Assembly (NCBI GenBank): GCA_963693365.1
Contig: CAVNZM010000004.1
Span: 12,754,588 to 12,818,587, forward strand
Direction: 5' to 3'
Length of the DNA: 64,000 bases
From: Amoebidium appalachense
Lineage: Eukaryota; Protista; Ichthyosporea
The notes under the pieces are model-generated. The model worked only from the letters and a program-made list of their open reading frames with translations, made no database searches and was not told where the DNA came from. Below are positions 40,910-55,112 of this stretch, one piece after another; positions within the stretch are counted from its first letter, which is position 1; each line of letters begins with the position of its first letter. Made by a program: the position numbers and the translations under genes.

Positions 40910-40980
40910 GCTCAGGACGAAGTACAATCGACATTTACACCGTCCAGATAGGCTAAACTGAACGCACGAATAGAGTGATC

Positions 40981-41077
<97 letters not shown>

Positions 41078-41497
41078 CTCTCTACCTGCAGTGCGGGAAA
41101 GAACTTTGAGTGGATGAGGGCAGGCTTCTTGCATTTCATGCCGGGGGCAATGTCTCGGGTCAGCCGGAAATACGGGTCCTGTGGCATAGCAAAGTTGGAT
41201 TGGTCACTTACGCATAATATTCAATAGCTAAACGATCGCACGAGTGGCTAAACTGCAAAACCAAACGATAGTGGATAGCTAAAAACACAAATCGAGAAGA
41301 CGGATAGCTAAAAACACAAATCGAGAAGACGGTTGTATATGCAAGAGGGTATTCTTGTGCAGTCATGGGTACTTCACATTTCACTTACGCGCAAAAGCAC
41401 AGCTGACAGGCGAATTATAGAATGGTTTGTTATTTTATCAATTTTGTTATATGGTGGTGGTGGTGGTGGTGAATGAAGGTGTATGTGTATGTGTGTT

Positions 41498-41530
<33 letters not shown>

Positions 41531-43609
41531 GCACGTGTGTGTGTTGCGGGGGGAGGGGGGAGGAGGATACCTGGTCGATAGCGCAGGGAATGAGGCAGGG
41601 AATGTCCTTCTTGGTGCCAAAGATGTGGGGGAAGGTGTTGCTGAAGCAGGGGGCAATCTGCACGGCAGGAAATCCGATCTTGCCAATGGGATCGCTGTAT
41701 TACGGGGGGGAGGGGGAGGGGTTAGAATGCGGCACTCAATATTAAGGACAAAGCCATTAAAACAGAAATAGGTGGATGGCACAGAGTGGCATGCAAAGAC
41801 ACGCCAAGGGAGTGTACCAAACAGGCTGAGTAAACTCTCCCTTTTGGGGGGAGGTGGCTGGGGGTTGGTTGTCAAGGCAAATTGCGTGCAGCAAACACAT
41901 CCCTCAATATACTATGGACCGATGTGGAACCAGCATTGGCATCTATTCCCACAACCCTTCGGCTCTCTCTATCTCTCATCATTCCAGCTTGGCGCGGCTG
42001 CCCCCCCCCCCCCCTCCCCCCCCCCCCCCTCCCCCTCTCCTCTTCCGCTCACCTCCCCCTTTCCTTCTTCACACAACCACTCATTCCCGGACACACTCAC
42101 ACACCCGCCCTAGCCCCCATACACCAACACAGCACCCCACACAACATACAAGGTTCAGATCAATAACACAGCACCCATTCCTTTGCTTTTCCGCTTGTAA
42201 ACAAAAGCTCAGCCAGCCATGTGCACTGCAAACAGCACACACACTGTCCACAAGTCATGCACCACCCTCCCTGTGTATGGCCATGTGCCTCAGTGCAAAC
42301 CACACATACTTAAAGTGAACGCTCGTATGAATGCACGTGGGAGGGCAGCCAAAAGCCCCCAGAAGCCGGAGGGGGAGGGGAGGGGGACGGGGGGGGGAGA
42401 GGGGGGGGGGGGGGGGGGGGGGGGATTTGTTTGGATGCTCCATAAAGTACGAAGTACACATATACAACGGACAACACAATGCAGGTGCAAACCACACATA
42501 GGGACTAAGCATAATAAGAGGGGGGGGGGGGAACGGGGGTGAAGGTGATGTGTTGGTACCTTTCTTTGAAGCCAAATACGGACGATGCCTGGTTAAGGTT
42601 GATGCGTTTTTGGATTTGCAGAATCTGTGGGTACATCGTGCTGTGGCCCAACACGTTAGAATTCCAAACCCCCCCCCCCCCCCCCCCTCCCCCCCCCCTC
42701 CCCCCCCATCCTCCCTGTCCCCCTCTTTCTCACACACATACGCGTAAAAGAAAGAAGAGAAGAAAGAAAACCATCGACTGGACAACCTCACCATACCCCC
42801 CCCAATGCTGTTCCAGTTACATGATATAGCAAGAAGCACAGGGCAGGGGAAGAAATGATATCGTCCCCATACGTATCCCGCGTACATTCGAGAGAGGCAG
42901 CACACGGGACGAAGAGGCAAAACCACACAACTCAATGTTTGCACACACAGCACAGACCCCCCCCCCCCCCAACACACACACATACACACCCATGCTCCCC
43001 CCTTCCCTCCCCCTCTCCGCCCAAACAACAACACGGACACACACGAACACACACACACACGCACACCCTCATGACCACACCCCTCAAACACACACACAAA
43101 CGTGCCCACACACACGCGGCCACATACACACCGCACATACCCGATGTATTCGAGGTCGGAGAATATGAAGGTCTTCTCCTCCTTAAACCCACATGCAATA
43201 ATGTCACGTGCATTCTCAACCGTAAACCTGCGCACATCATCCAGCGTCACATTCTTCCACATGAACTTTTCATCGTCTGTGGAAGACAATGGAATGTTAT
43301 GATATGGCAGAGTGTTCGAACATAAGGCAACAGCAATTATATAATGATACGTAGCCGCCTCCTCCCACTCCCCCCGGGGACCCCTCTGTACCCTCCTTCC
43401 ACCCCACCCCTACCCCACCACACCACACCCACAAACAATTGTCTTAGCCAATATCGTCAAATAGCGTAGAATCATGTCTGGTGTGAGAATCCGCACACGT
43501 ACGTGCATGGATGCATGTGCATATGCATGTGATAGGTGTGTGTGTATGTGTGTATGTGGGTGGATGGGTGTGGGTAGGCCTGTGTGTGTGAGTTGTGTGT
43601 ATGTGTTTG

Positions 43610-43693
<84 letters not shown>

Positions 43694-43790
43694 TGTGTGT
43701 GTGTGTGGAGGAGTGATGTCCTATGTTTTGTGCGGTGGAGTTGGGGGTGGGGGTGTTTTTTGTTTTTTTTTTGGAAGGGGGAAATGGGGT

Positions 43791-43831
<41 letters not shown>

Positions 43832-44276
43832 TACCAGTCATCTGGATGACAATGGGCACGTCGAAGACATCCTGCAGCCACCTGCCAGTCCCCACCGTCA
43901 GAAAACACCACAGGCTCACATGGTTCGTTGTGACTGGAGAGAAATCCCCACAGAGCAGCAAGACAGAAGAGAGAAGGGAAAGAGGCAGGGTTATGGGTAG
44001 CAACTGTGCAAGGGTTTCGCGAGAAGGGAGAGACCAAATCAAAAGGCCTTGTGGGGAAAAGGCAGGAGGAGTGGAGTGTAAAGGCAAAGAAAATAGAGAA
44101 GGAAGAGCCGACTTCAAAAAAAATATGGGGGGGGGGGGGGGGGGGAGCACATACTGGCAGAAGATGAAGGGGATCAAGTGGCCCAAGTGCAGGGCATCAC
44201 TGCTGGGGCCACGGCCAGTATACAGGTAGAAGGGCTTGCCCTGCTCATACAGCGTCAGGATTTGGTCAAAGTCTCT

Positions 44277-44323
<47 letters not shown>

Positions 44324-45915
44324 GGTGTGTGTGTGTGGTGGGTGGGTCGGTGGGTGGGTGGGTGGGTGAAGGGAGAAGGGAGGATGTGTGTGTGTGTGTG
44401 TGTGTGTGTGTATCCGTGTGTGTGCGTGTGCGTGTGTGTCCGTCTGTCCGTGTGTGTATGTGTTATGTCTAAAGCGAGAGGGGAGAAAGTGTGTGTGTGT
44501 GTGTGTGTGTGTGTGGTAGTGGTGGTGGTGGTGGTGTGTGTCTGCGGGGCGCGGGGGGGGGGGGGGGGGGGGGGGGGGAAGGTTAGAATCCGTTATGGAG
44601 TAAGCATAAAAATTCATAACGCACAACACCATGGTTTGGCAGATTGCAAAGTGCACAGAAAGGGCATGCATCACAACAGGCGGGAAGGGGCGCGGCGGGG
44701 TTGGGGGAGGTGAGGGGGGGTTTGAATGCGGAACACGGTACGAAGTACGCATACATGAAGGACACATGCAAAGGCAAATATTCAAGTATGCAACATAGCC
44801 ATGCGCACAGTATGCGTCATAAGCAGAGCCCGAGGGGGGGGGGGGGGGGGGGGGGTTTGAATGCGTCAAAAAGTACGAAGTACACAAGAACAAACGGATA
44901 ACACGATGCAGAATGCAAGCCATACATAAAGAGTATGCATAATAAGCAGAGCCCATCCTCAGGGGGGGCCCACGTCATCCACAGTACCCGAGTTTCGACC
45001 TATTCCCCTCGTTAACGAAACCCAACTCAGATACTGTTTCACTTGAACATGAGTAGGTCACCCGTCTTGATCAGAGACGAGCAGGGTTGCTTATGCAGGC
45101 AAGGGCAGTGGGAAAGGCCGGGGGTTAAAGTTGCAGCAGTAAGCAGAAGCAAGAAAAATATAGATAGGAACTCAGGGGGGGGGGGGGGGATCACTTAATC
45201 GGAAAGCAGAAAGTGGGATGGCAGGTGGTGCGTGTGTGTCTGTATGTGTTTTGAAAGGGAATTGGATGTTTGGGGGGGGGGGGGGGGGGGGGGGGGGAGC
45301 ATGTGCAGGCACGCATGTATGTTTGCGTGTTAAAAATTCAGTATGAGCATCGTGCACCGAGAACGGAAGCATATGAGGACACGAGTGGGTACCGGGGGGT
45401 GCGATGGATGTTCGGGTGCGTGTGTGGGGGTGCCGGTAGGGGGGAGGGGGGGGGGGGGGGGGGGATTTTGTAGTTCTAAGCTGTCTGAAACAGGCAAGTA
45501 GTGACGTAACAGTCAAGGTACCTTCAAATAGGTCTCATTAAATATGAAATAGGCATCATAACACATGCAATAGTGAGCTACAAAAGGTGACTTTTCACTG
45601 AAAACTTTTGCCACGATACAGTAGGATGTGCGTACGTGTGTGTGTGTTATAGGTGTGTGCGTGTGTGCTTGTGCTTGTGTGTTGAGAGCGCGTGCATGTA
45701 CATATGTGTGTGTGTGTGTGTGTGTGTATGTGTGTGTGTGTACATGTGCGTGTGTGTGTCCTGGGTGTGCTAAGCCGTGCCATTGAACCAGTGTAGGCCT
45801 GAAACAGACTACGAATAGAGAAGGGTAGGAAGTTCTCCCTTGAATCAAGACACCCCCCTCCCCCCTCCCTCCAGCCATTCCCCCAGCATCCATCTACATC
45901 CCCACCCCCCCTTCC

Positions 45916-45966
<51 letters not shown>

Positions 45967-46487
45967 CCCTTAGGGGCAGAAAGGGGGGGCAGAGGGGGCA
46001 GAAAGTACGAGCCCTGCCAACAGAACCCCACCCATCCTCAGCCTAACAAAAATCTTCCCTGGAAAATTCAGCCACGGAAAAAGGGAGAAACAAGGAAGAG
46101 CAGAAGGGCCAAACTCTCAAGATCAAAAGCGCTCGTGTGTGAGTGTGTGAGTATGTGTGGCTTCATGCTTGCGAACAGCGGACTGATTCCGGGGGGAGGG
46201 GGGAGGGGAGGGGGGGGGGGGAGGCGAGGAGACATGAAATACCTATGAGAGAAGAACACACCGCGCCTGAGCAGAATATGGGCCTTGCGGCCAGTGACCT
46301 TCTCAAAGCGCTCAATCAGTGCAGGATCAATGGGGGTGCTGCCAAACTCCCGAATCAGCTTGTCATAGTCTACCTCCTGCAAGGGCATGGTGTCATTGAT
46401 TTGTCCTGGATGGCCCTACATTTATGGTTTGTAGGTGGTTGGTGATGGTTGGTGGTCCCGAAAAGTGCAGACCCTCTCATGAAGAAT

Positions 46488-46523
<36 letters not shown>

Positions 46524-48378
46524 GAATGCGGAACACGGTACGAAGTACACATACACGATGAGAAGCATGGTGCAGGACACATGCAAAGGCACACAATCAA
46601 GTATGCAACATCAGAATGCGCACAGTATGCGTCACAAGCAGAGCCCATCCTCAGGGAGGGCCCAAGTCACCAATTGTGTCCGAGTTTTGGGGGGTGGAGA
46701 GGGGGAGGGGAGGGGGGGGGGGAGGGGGGGGGGGAAAAGGCCAGCGAATGACATGGTTATTGGGCTGCAGTTTGGAAGAACAGAGATGATGTCAATTTGT
46801 TTACACATATCGGATGTGTGGTCAACCAAATGCGAAGGAGCAAAAAACCCGGTGGGAGATATTGAAGGCAACCCCTGACGAGAGGGGAAGAGGGGGAGGG
46901 GGGGGGGGAGGGCCTTTGTGGGAAAACGTTCCACAGAACACAGAGTGACACAGAGAGCCCAGTCAAGCATATGAAATGACCTGCACACACGACAGAGTAG
47001 CCATATTCAAGAGAAGCATAAAGGTAAACACACAGTGGTAATGGTGGTGGTGGTGGTGGTGGTAGGGGGGGGGGAACGGGAGAGGAGTTGGAATGGGGAG
47101 AAGGAGGGGGGGGGGGGGGGGGGACAAGGGAGGTGAGAGGGAGGAGTGGAAAGCAGAAAGGGAGGGAACAGGAAAGAAGAGGATAAGGGTTGGGCAAAAC
47201 GGAGGGGGCAAAGACAGAGGGGAGCCGGGGGGGGGGGGGGGGGGGGGGGGGGGGCTTTTTTTTTTTTGGGGGGGGGGGGGGGTGGTAAGGAGACTGCCCG
47301 ACAGGGAGGGGGGGGAGGAGGGGAGAGGAAGGGGCAGGGGATTGGGGGAAGGGGGGAGGGGGGGGGGGGGGGGGGAGGGTTCCACATACCTGCAGCACGC
47401 CGTCTACCTCTGCGCCCTGCACATCCCAGGGGGTGACCACCTGCTCCCCCGCCTGTGTTGCTGTGGCCGTGTTCTTTGCATCATTGATGGCTGCTTTGAC
47501 GGCCTTGAGCTTCTCCACCTCCGCACTCACTACCTCCTTGGGTGCATTGTCGCTCTTGAGCTGCCGTACTGTGCGTGGTGGTCGTGTGGAGCTTTTAGAT
47601 GGGGTTGGGTGAAGTGTGGGTTGTGAGGAAGAATGGGGATGGTGCAAGAGAGGAGTAGGAACGTGTCCAGTGGGTGTGTGTATGTGTGGGTGGGTGGGGG
47701 TCGGGGGAGGGGGAGGGGGGGGGGGATGCGGGGTGGGTGGGTGGGGGGGGAGGGGGTAAGGGAAGGGGGAGGAGCAGGGGCCTTTGGTGGGGGGAAGGGG
47801 GGGGGGGAGGGGGCGGGGCGAGGACATGGGTAGAAGGGAGCAGAATAACTGGAAAGTAGTAGGAAATTGTTGCTGCAACACAGATCACAACTGGGAAATA
47901 AAAAGGAAGGATGGCCTATGTTAGGGGCCAAGGGGGGGAAAGGGGGGGAAGGGGGGGGGGGGGGGGGAGAAGGGGGGCGGGGGAAGGGGGGGGGGGGGGT
48001 ATCAGGCAAGAAGGAAGGTTGAGGTATTTGGGGGAAAGTCAAGTCGTCAAAGAGCAAGAGAAACCAATGCTTACAGGCGTGCGTGGATGGACGGAACAGG
48101 AATAGTTGAGACGTGATAGGCCATAAAGCCCCGCTTGTGTGTTGTGTTTTTCGGGGAGGAAGGGAGGGGGGGGAGGGGAGAAAAGGGGTCGGAGGAGAGG
48201 GGAGGGTTGGGGGGGAGGGGGAGGGGGGAGGAAGATGAGATGAGCCGACCGGCCGGTCTGTCACTATCCAATTTTTTTCTTTTTTTGCTTATATAGCCTG
48301 TGTTGCCCATGACCCCAACATACCCTTCTGGGCCTGCTGCTCGAGCTCCAGCTCCAGTTCCTTGATCTTGTCTGCCAT
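38391..48378 (-). CDS. WARS1: Tryptophanyl-tRNA synthetase, cytosolic type, with N-terminal WHEP domain (about 13 exons)
   Basis: Exons encode [22 protein letters not shown]...[31 protein letters not shown] (HIGH-type motif), [58 protein letters not shown] and a last exon [21 protein letters not shown]. Confidence 0.96.
44720..45100 (-). repeat. Dispersed intronic repeat family, longest copies; relatives at about 4979-5110, 9533-9680, 20160-20240, 42430-42515 and 46520-46690
   Basis: Shared motifs on the plus strand: (G)n-TTGAATGC...GTACGAAGTACAC, GCAGAGCCCATCCTCAGGG and CACCCGTCTT..AGACGAGCAGGGTTG. Confidence 0.8.
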
Positions 48379-49389
48379 GTTTGCTGTGGAGGTGCACTTT
48401 GCGTTAGAAATGCTGGATAAGTGATTATCAGGCCTGTGGCAAATTGCAGATGGAGGTATGACTGTGTGGGTATAGGTGCAGATGTATGGGTGAGCCTGCA
48501 TATGCGCGCGCGCGCGCGCACGTGTGTGTGTGTGTGTGTGTGTGTCTGTGTGTGTGTGTTTGAACGCGGCCGACCAGAGGTCGGGGAAGGCGTGCGTATG
48601 CGCGTACATATGCATACGTGCAGGTGTCCGTGTTGTGCGTACGTCCGTGTGCATGTGGCCTCTATCAGCTCATGGCGGGGTGCACCCAGCGCCATGAGCA
48701 AAAAGACAACATGGCAAAAGGACCCTCTAAATATGCACATGAAAATAACATGCGGTGGTCTGGAGAGAGAAGGACCCAGACGTATACGAATAAGACTAAA
48801 TAAACTCTTGAGTTGTAGGAATGGAAAGAAACAGACACCGGGGCAGGGCACAGGCTTTAAGCGCAAGCATAACCCCTTGGCATAAATAAACAGCATCTAA
48901 GCTCTCACACACGCATAACTTATCTGCTAAACCTTAGCTACACACCTTGACTTTTACACAGAGAAAAAGATATCAAAACTAGAAGGCTTGAGTGATACCG
49001 TTTCTGGACCAGCAACTACATGTACAGAGCTTTTGTATTCAAACGAGGTGCGCTTGAAGACCATGAGTCATGCCGGTTGCGAGCTTGCGACACGTGAAGT
49101 TTGTTGTGAATGCCTTATTTGTACTAGAAGTAAGTAGTATGATTGGCGCATAGTCGTGGAGTTTAGTTGCCACGGTTATGTAATTCACAGCGCAATATTA
49201 CTCAATCGAGTGACTTCAGCAAAGTTCACTGTTGGGTCCCTTTGTTCCTTTTCCTTTTCTTTGTCTTTCCTGTAAAGTTTTCGGAAGCGTTTCACACTGG
49301 GAGAGAGATGCAAGCTGAAGAAACCAAAAAGAAGAGGTAGCAGTATTGAGCTCTAGGGCGTTGAGGATTGCATGTAGGCTGTGTCAAAG

Positions 49390-52211
49390 ATGTTGCCCCA
49401 GTGGTTGCTACAGGCTTGCGCGCTCTTTTTTAACGCACACCTGGTTACCTCAAACCAAAACATTCAACAAGCAAACGTGAGCGAAACTACATTACATACC
49501 ACAACACACATAACCGTAACAACAACAAGCACCACACACACAACCATCACCGTAGAGGTTACCTCTTCTGGTGTAGTCCTTCCGGTGAGTGCCGAGGATG
49601 TAAGATCCAACGAGCCTGTGTCGGGCTTCGCCGTAGCTGGCTATATTCCGGAATGGCGCTACGACCAGGTGGATTGGGACGCAGTAGCGGAGCATCTCAC
49701 ACAGATGATCCTGTTTTCGTTAGAGGTCGGCCAAAATGGATTGCCCTCTGCCCTAGACCGATTACCAAACGAGAAACATCTAAAAGCAGCTCGCTTAGCA
49801 GCAAACAGAACGAAGAGCAAACTTATAATCTGTTTTGGTGGCAACGCCCGTAGCGCAGGTTTTCCAGCAATGGTAGCCACACGAGAAGGGAGAACGAAAT
49901 TTATACGAGCATTGGTGAGTCTGTGCGACGAACATGGCCTGGACGGAGTTGATTACAACTGGGAATACCCACGGGGAAAGGAGGAGTGGGAGAACCTTTT
50001 TCTACTGCTAAAAGAAACAAAGCAGGTGTTTTCTTTGGAGGGAAAAGGCCGCATAGTGACTATGGCATACTATCCGGACGGGCGCCAGGAGCAATTATTG
50101 GCATATGGAGGGGCAGGTGAACATGTAGATTACCTTCACATCATGGCCTACGACCAGCATGGCAGACACTCGACCATGGAGCTTGCCAAGGCGGCGGTCA
50201 AGCAGGTATGCTAAACTGACGGACGGTTTTTTCTCTTAAAGCAACGACAGCAAAATTAGAGACCCGCCTCCTCTGTTCTTGGTTTTACGATACACAGCCC
50301 ACATACACCTGTGCAACCACGTACACAAGCTTCGAGTCATATGCGCACAAACACTATGCCTGCCTTCCTAATCTTCCCCCTCCTCCCCAACCCCCAACCC
50401 CTGCCTCCGTATCTTCCTCTCAAAGATGTCACTCCACACAACCAGGTAATTTCCTCCGTTTCTCACGCTTACTCTCAACTGTTTGCCCCTGCACCTCTAT
50501 ATCCATCATTCGAAGGTGCTGCCACTCCTCTTCTCCCCTACTCCCCTACTCCCCTTCCCGTCCCCTCCCGCCGGCGCTCAAATAGGCACTCACTTGCACC
50601 CATCTCCCTCTCCATTCCCATGACATTTTTGGTCACGCACAATCGGATCTCTATTCCACGACATGTCTTCTCAAACCGGTTGTAAACTTCCTTAGCCCGA
50701 CCTTGTTTTCTCTGTGTAGAAGTATCATTTACCCACGTTTTTGGATTTGTACAAGCCGCGTGATATCTCTCTGTCTGAGCTTTGTCGTCCATACATCTAT
50801 GAAATCCCCCCCTCCCCCCACCCACCCACCCACCCACCCACCCACCCGCCCCTACCCCTCTCCCCCCCTCCCCCTCCCTCCCCATTCTTTCTTCTCTTTT
50901 CTTTCTCCCCCCTCTCTCTCCTCTAGTCCCTCTCCCTCCCTCCCTCCCTCTCTCCCTCCACGCCCCACCACACACATACATACACCCACACCCACACCCA
51001 CACACACACACACACACACACACCTCTCTCTCTCTCTCTCTCTCTCCTCCCCCACCCCTTCCGTTCCGCCCTCTCGTCTGTCTATCTGTGTTTATGTGTG
51101 TCTCTCTCTCCCGTCCCCCAGTCCCCTTACCCCCCCCCCCCCCCTCCCCCCCCCAAACACATGCACACCCCCCTCCCCACCCCCTCCCTAACCACATGCG
51201 AGAGGTCATGGAGTCAGACTCTGCCAGTTTTGTGCAGTGATAGACCCCCTCCCCCCGCACCCACCCGGCGGATGAGTTCTGGTTAGCTACCTTCTACCTG
51301 CCTTTTTTTTCTCGTTTCTAGTCTCTTTGCTTCCATGTTTGCCACTTTTTGATGCCCCCTCCCCCCCCCCCCCCCCTTTTCCCTCACCAAAACTAAAAAA
51401 GAAAAAAATTAGAAATATCATGTGTTGTTAACGGCAGTCTTACTCCGAAAATCTCAGTTCTAGAAATGGACTGGGATTGTGCTTGTGTTTGGAGGTGTGT
51501 GGGTGTTTTCTTTGTCGTGTGTGTGGTGTCGTGTGCGGGGGGGGAAGGGGAGGAGTGGGGGAGCATGCCACCAAGAACTTTTATTAGGGGAATGATATGG
51601 ATATTCACATTTAGATGTAGAGGTTGGACTCTCTTTAATAGTTAAATTTCACACTCTCTTCTGTTTGTGCGTGTGTCGATGTGGTGGTGTGGTGGTGGTG
51701 GTGGTGGTGTGGGTGGGTGGGGATGGGTGGGGGTGGATTCGGGTGGATGGGGGTGGGTGGGTGGGTGGGGGTGTGTGTGTGGTGGTGGTGGTGGTTGGTG
51801 ATGGAAGGGGGGGGGGGGGGGGGGGGGGGGGGGGTGGATCCTAATAGGTTTCATCATGTCTTTTTTTGGTGGTGTTGGTGGTGTGTTTGTGTTCGAGGGG
51901 AGGGGGGGGAGGGGGGAGGGGGGGGGGGGGGGGAGGTAAGAAGTAAACCGATGCGGATGAAGGTTTTAGGAGTTCTCGTTCTGTGATGTGTGCTTTTTGT
52001 GTTTGTCCATTTTGTGCATGTGTTTTTTTTAAGAATAGGTGTTTGAGAGGGGGGGGGGGGGGGGGATGGGGGAGGCCCTACTCTTTCCTAATGACTGTCA
52101 ATTGGAGTGAAATGAACCATTGTATTCGTCGATGTGGATAGATGTTACTGATAGTACCACCATGTGTTGTGGATTGTAGCCACACCCCACCCCCACTTCC
52201 CCCCCTTCCCC

Positions 52212-52263
<52 letters not shown>

Positions 52264-52707
52264 AAACCTACACAACCACAGTCTCTTTCTCTCCACCCTT
52301 TGTCTCTCTTGGTCTCTTGTTCTATCCCTCTCCCTCTCCCTCTCTTTCCCTCTGTGTATGTGTGTGTGTGTGTGTGGCTATCTCACTCTCTCTGTGTGTT
52401 TGTGTGCGAGCGCGCACCTCTCTCTCTCTCTCTGTTTCTCTTTCTCTGTCTCTGTGTCCGTGTTTGTGTGTGTGTCTGTCTGTCTGTCTGTTGTGTGTCT
52501 GTGTGTGTATGTTTGTGTGTCTCTCTCTCAACCTCACACTATCTCTCTTCTTTCTCTTTCCTCCTGTGTGTGTGTGTATGGGCGGGTGGGTGTGTTGTGT
52601 CTCCGCCTCGCTTATTCGTCTCGCTCGCTCGCTCTCTCTCGCTCACTTTGGCGACTCCTTGCCTTTCTCTCCTCTCCCCCCCCACCCCACCCCTCCCTTT
52701 CCCGTTC

Positions 52708-52748
<41 letters not shown>

Positions 52749-53125
52749 CCCCCCCACGCTCTCTGCAGCCCTCCCCCCCTCTCGACCTATTTTTACTCTC
52801 TCTCTCTCTCTATCTCTCTCTCTCTTTATCTCTCTAGGCTCTTCCCCCCTCCCTTTCCCCCCTCCCTCCTCTCACTCTCCCCCCCCCCCCCCCCCCTCCC
52901 CCCCCCCCCCCCTGAGTCTCTCTCTCTCCTCTCTTCCTCCCTCTCTCTCTCTCTCCCTCCCTCCCTCCCTCCCTCCCTCCCTCCCCCTCCCTCCCTCCCT
53001 CTCCCTCCCTCCCTCCCTCCCTCTCTCCCTCCCTCCCTCCCTCTCTCCTTGCCCCCCCCACCCGTCCCTTTTTCTCACTGTGTGTGTCTGAGTCTGAGTC
53101 TGTGTGCGCATGCGTACTTCACTCC

Positions 53126-53158
<33 letters not shown>

Positions 53159-53593
53159 CGGTCCCCAACCCACCGTTTCTTGCTCCTCCCACCTCTAACT
53201 GACAAAATCACACACCAGGCCAAGCAGCACCTTCCAGCACACAAGGTCACACTGGGTGTGCCGTTCTATGCCCGCCACATCAACACCGGTGAGTGGAAAA
53301 CATACAATGAGCTGGTGCGTCAGTTTGCTGACAATCTGGATGAAAGTACGGACGAGGTGGATGGGTGGTACTTTAACGGTGCAAAGACAATTAGGAAGAA
53401 AACTAGATTGGCAAAGAGGGAGGGGTTGGGTGGGATTATGATTTGGGAGGTGGGGCAGGACGTGCATCCCTCCCATGAGATGTCTTTGCACTCTGCCATT
53501 ATGAAAGCACGGTTGGGAAAGAAACAGAAGAAGGGGGCTGTAGAAACATATGAGAGAGAGGTAAAACCAAAAAGAATACCAGATGAGTTGTAG
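49390..53593 (+). CDS. Glycoside hydrolase family 18 (chitinase-like) protein; exons 49390-50205 and 53219-53593
   Basis: Signal-peptide-like N-terminus, Thr-rich linker, AGYIPEW, ICFGG, LDGVDYNWEYP, HIMAYD, LGVPFYAR and GLGGIMIWEVGQD motifs; C-terminus RIPDEL. Confidence 0.93.
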
Positions 53594-53866
53594 TGTCGCA
53601 TGTTTTATGGGTACTTAGTTCTTTGAATGTAGCAGGCTCGGGTCAAGGCAAATTATTCCATGCGTGTACAAAAGCAATTATGCGTCATGTACATGCAGGC
53701 ATTTTGGTGAATGTTACACGATGCTTTATACAATTAACTCAGACGTACAGAGTGAAATGGAAGTGTGATCCTGCGTGGATGCGGGTGTGCAGTGCAACGA
53801 GCATGCCCCGGGCCCACGTTCATGATGCTTGAAAGATGTGTGTGTGTATGTGTGCAACAGGTGGGA

Positions 53867-53897
<31 letters not shown>

Positions 53898-54097
53898 CTA
53901 TTATGTGTACGCCTGCAGTGCCACGTGTGTGTTCCTGCATGTGGTGCACGACTAGGACCTTGCAGTGTGGTGCAGGTGTATGGGTGACACGCCTGGTAGG
54001 CCACCAAGTAGAGAATGCAGTGGCTTCGAATTCACACCGGGTCCATGACCCCCCCCCCCCCCCCCCTCCCCACCTCTCTCTCCCCCACAAAAAAAAT

Positions 54098-54163
<66 letters not shown>

Positions 54164-55112
54164 TGTGTGCACGCCGCGGCGCGCGCACTCGTCCGGGCAT
54201 GCTTACACGCGATGCTGGCGGCAGTGTCGATGCAGATAAGGGTGCGTGTTTGTGTGGAGGGGTACCATTATTCTTGTGTATAAAGCAGAAAGGTGTGTGT
54301 TTATATTTCCAGTTGTGTGTACTTGCAGGTCGTTTTGTGTACCCTGCCATTATGCATTGTGTGGTGCTCGTGCTCCTTTTTTGTGTGCGCATGTGACCTG
54401 CCCGGCTGGGCCAGGCGTGGCTACGGGCTGTGGTAATATGCTCATGTGCGAATGGCATATTATCCTACACTATGCGTGACTGTGTGCAAATGTATCGGCC
54501 ATTTCCAGGCTCAGTACTGTACTAGTCATACTGGCCCTGTGAGTTAGAGGTGTGAGACGTAGATTGTGTTTTTGTAGTGTATGAATTGTGTGTGTGGCCT
54601 TGTGTGTATTTTTTGCGGGATACATCATACATATGTGCATGGGTGAGTGTGTAGCTGCAGTGCGTGTGTGTGCAGTGTGCGCGTTCGCAAAGATATGTGT
54701 GTGCGGCAGATGTCATGTGTCTAGTCGTTGGTGTTTGTTGTGTGCTTTTATTGTAGGGCTTGTGTGCACATTATCGACCTGTGGTGCTCCTGTGATGGTG
54801 TTTGTCCGAGCATCAGAGATCAGATTCGGATTTAGCCGTTTCTGATCCTCACTTATTGTAGCCCTGTAATAGTGACGCTTTCTTCATCAAGTGTTTTATT
54901 ACATGTTACAACCTTATGTACTAGTTTGTATGGGATGTCTAGTAGGCCAGGCCAGCACGACCTAAGTACATCCAAAAGTTGAATTACAACGTATTCATAT
55001 ATATCGTAAGCAGGCTCCTAGCAGAGATTACACATTCGAAAAATTACAAAACCCATTCGACTCACATTGCGTGAAAACTAAAATGAAATAAGCGCTACCC
55101 CCAATGATGAGT

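Noticed and set aside
44945-45005. Type II hammerhead in the intronic repeat (GAAA...CTGAGGA)
   Set aside because: The core words are present but I could not form stems II and III consistently in both long copies.
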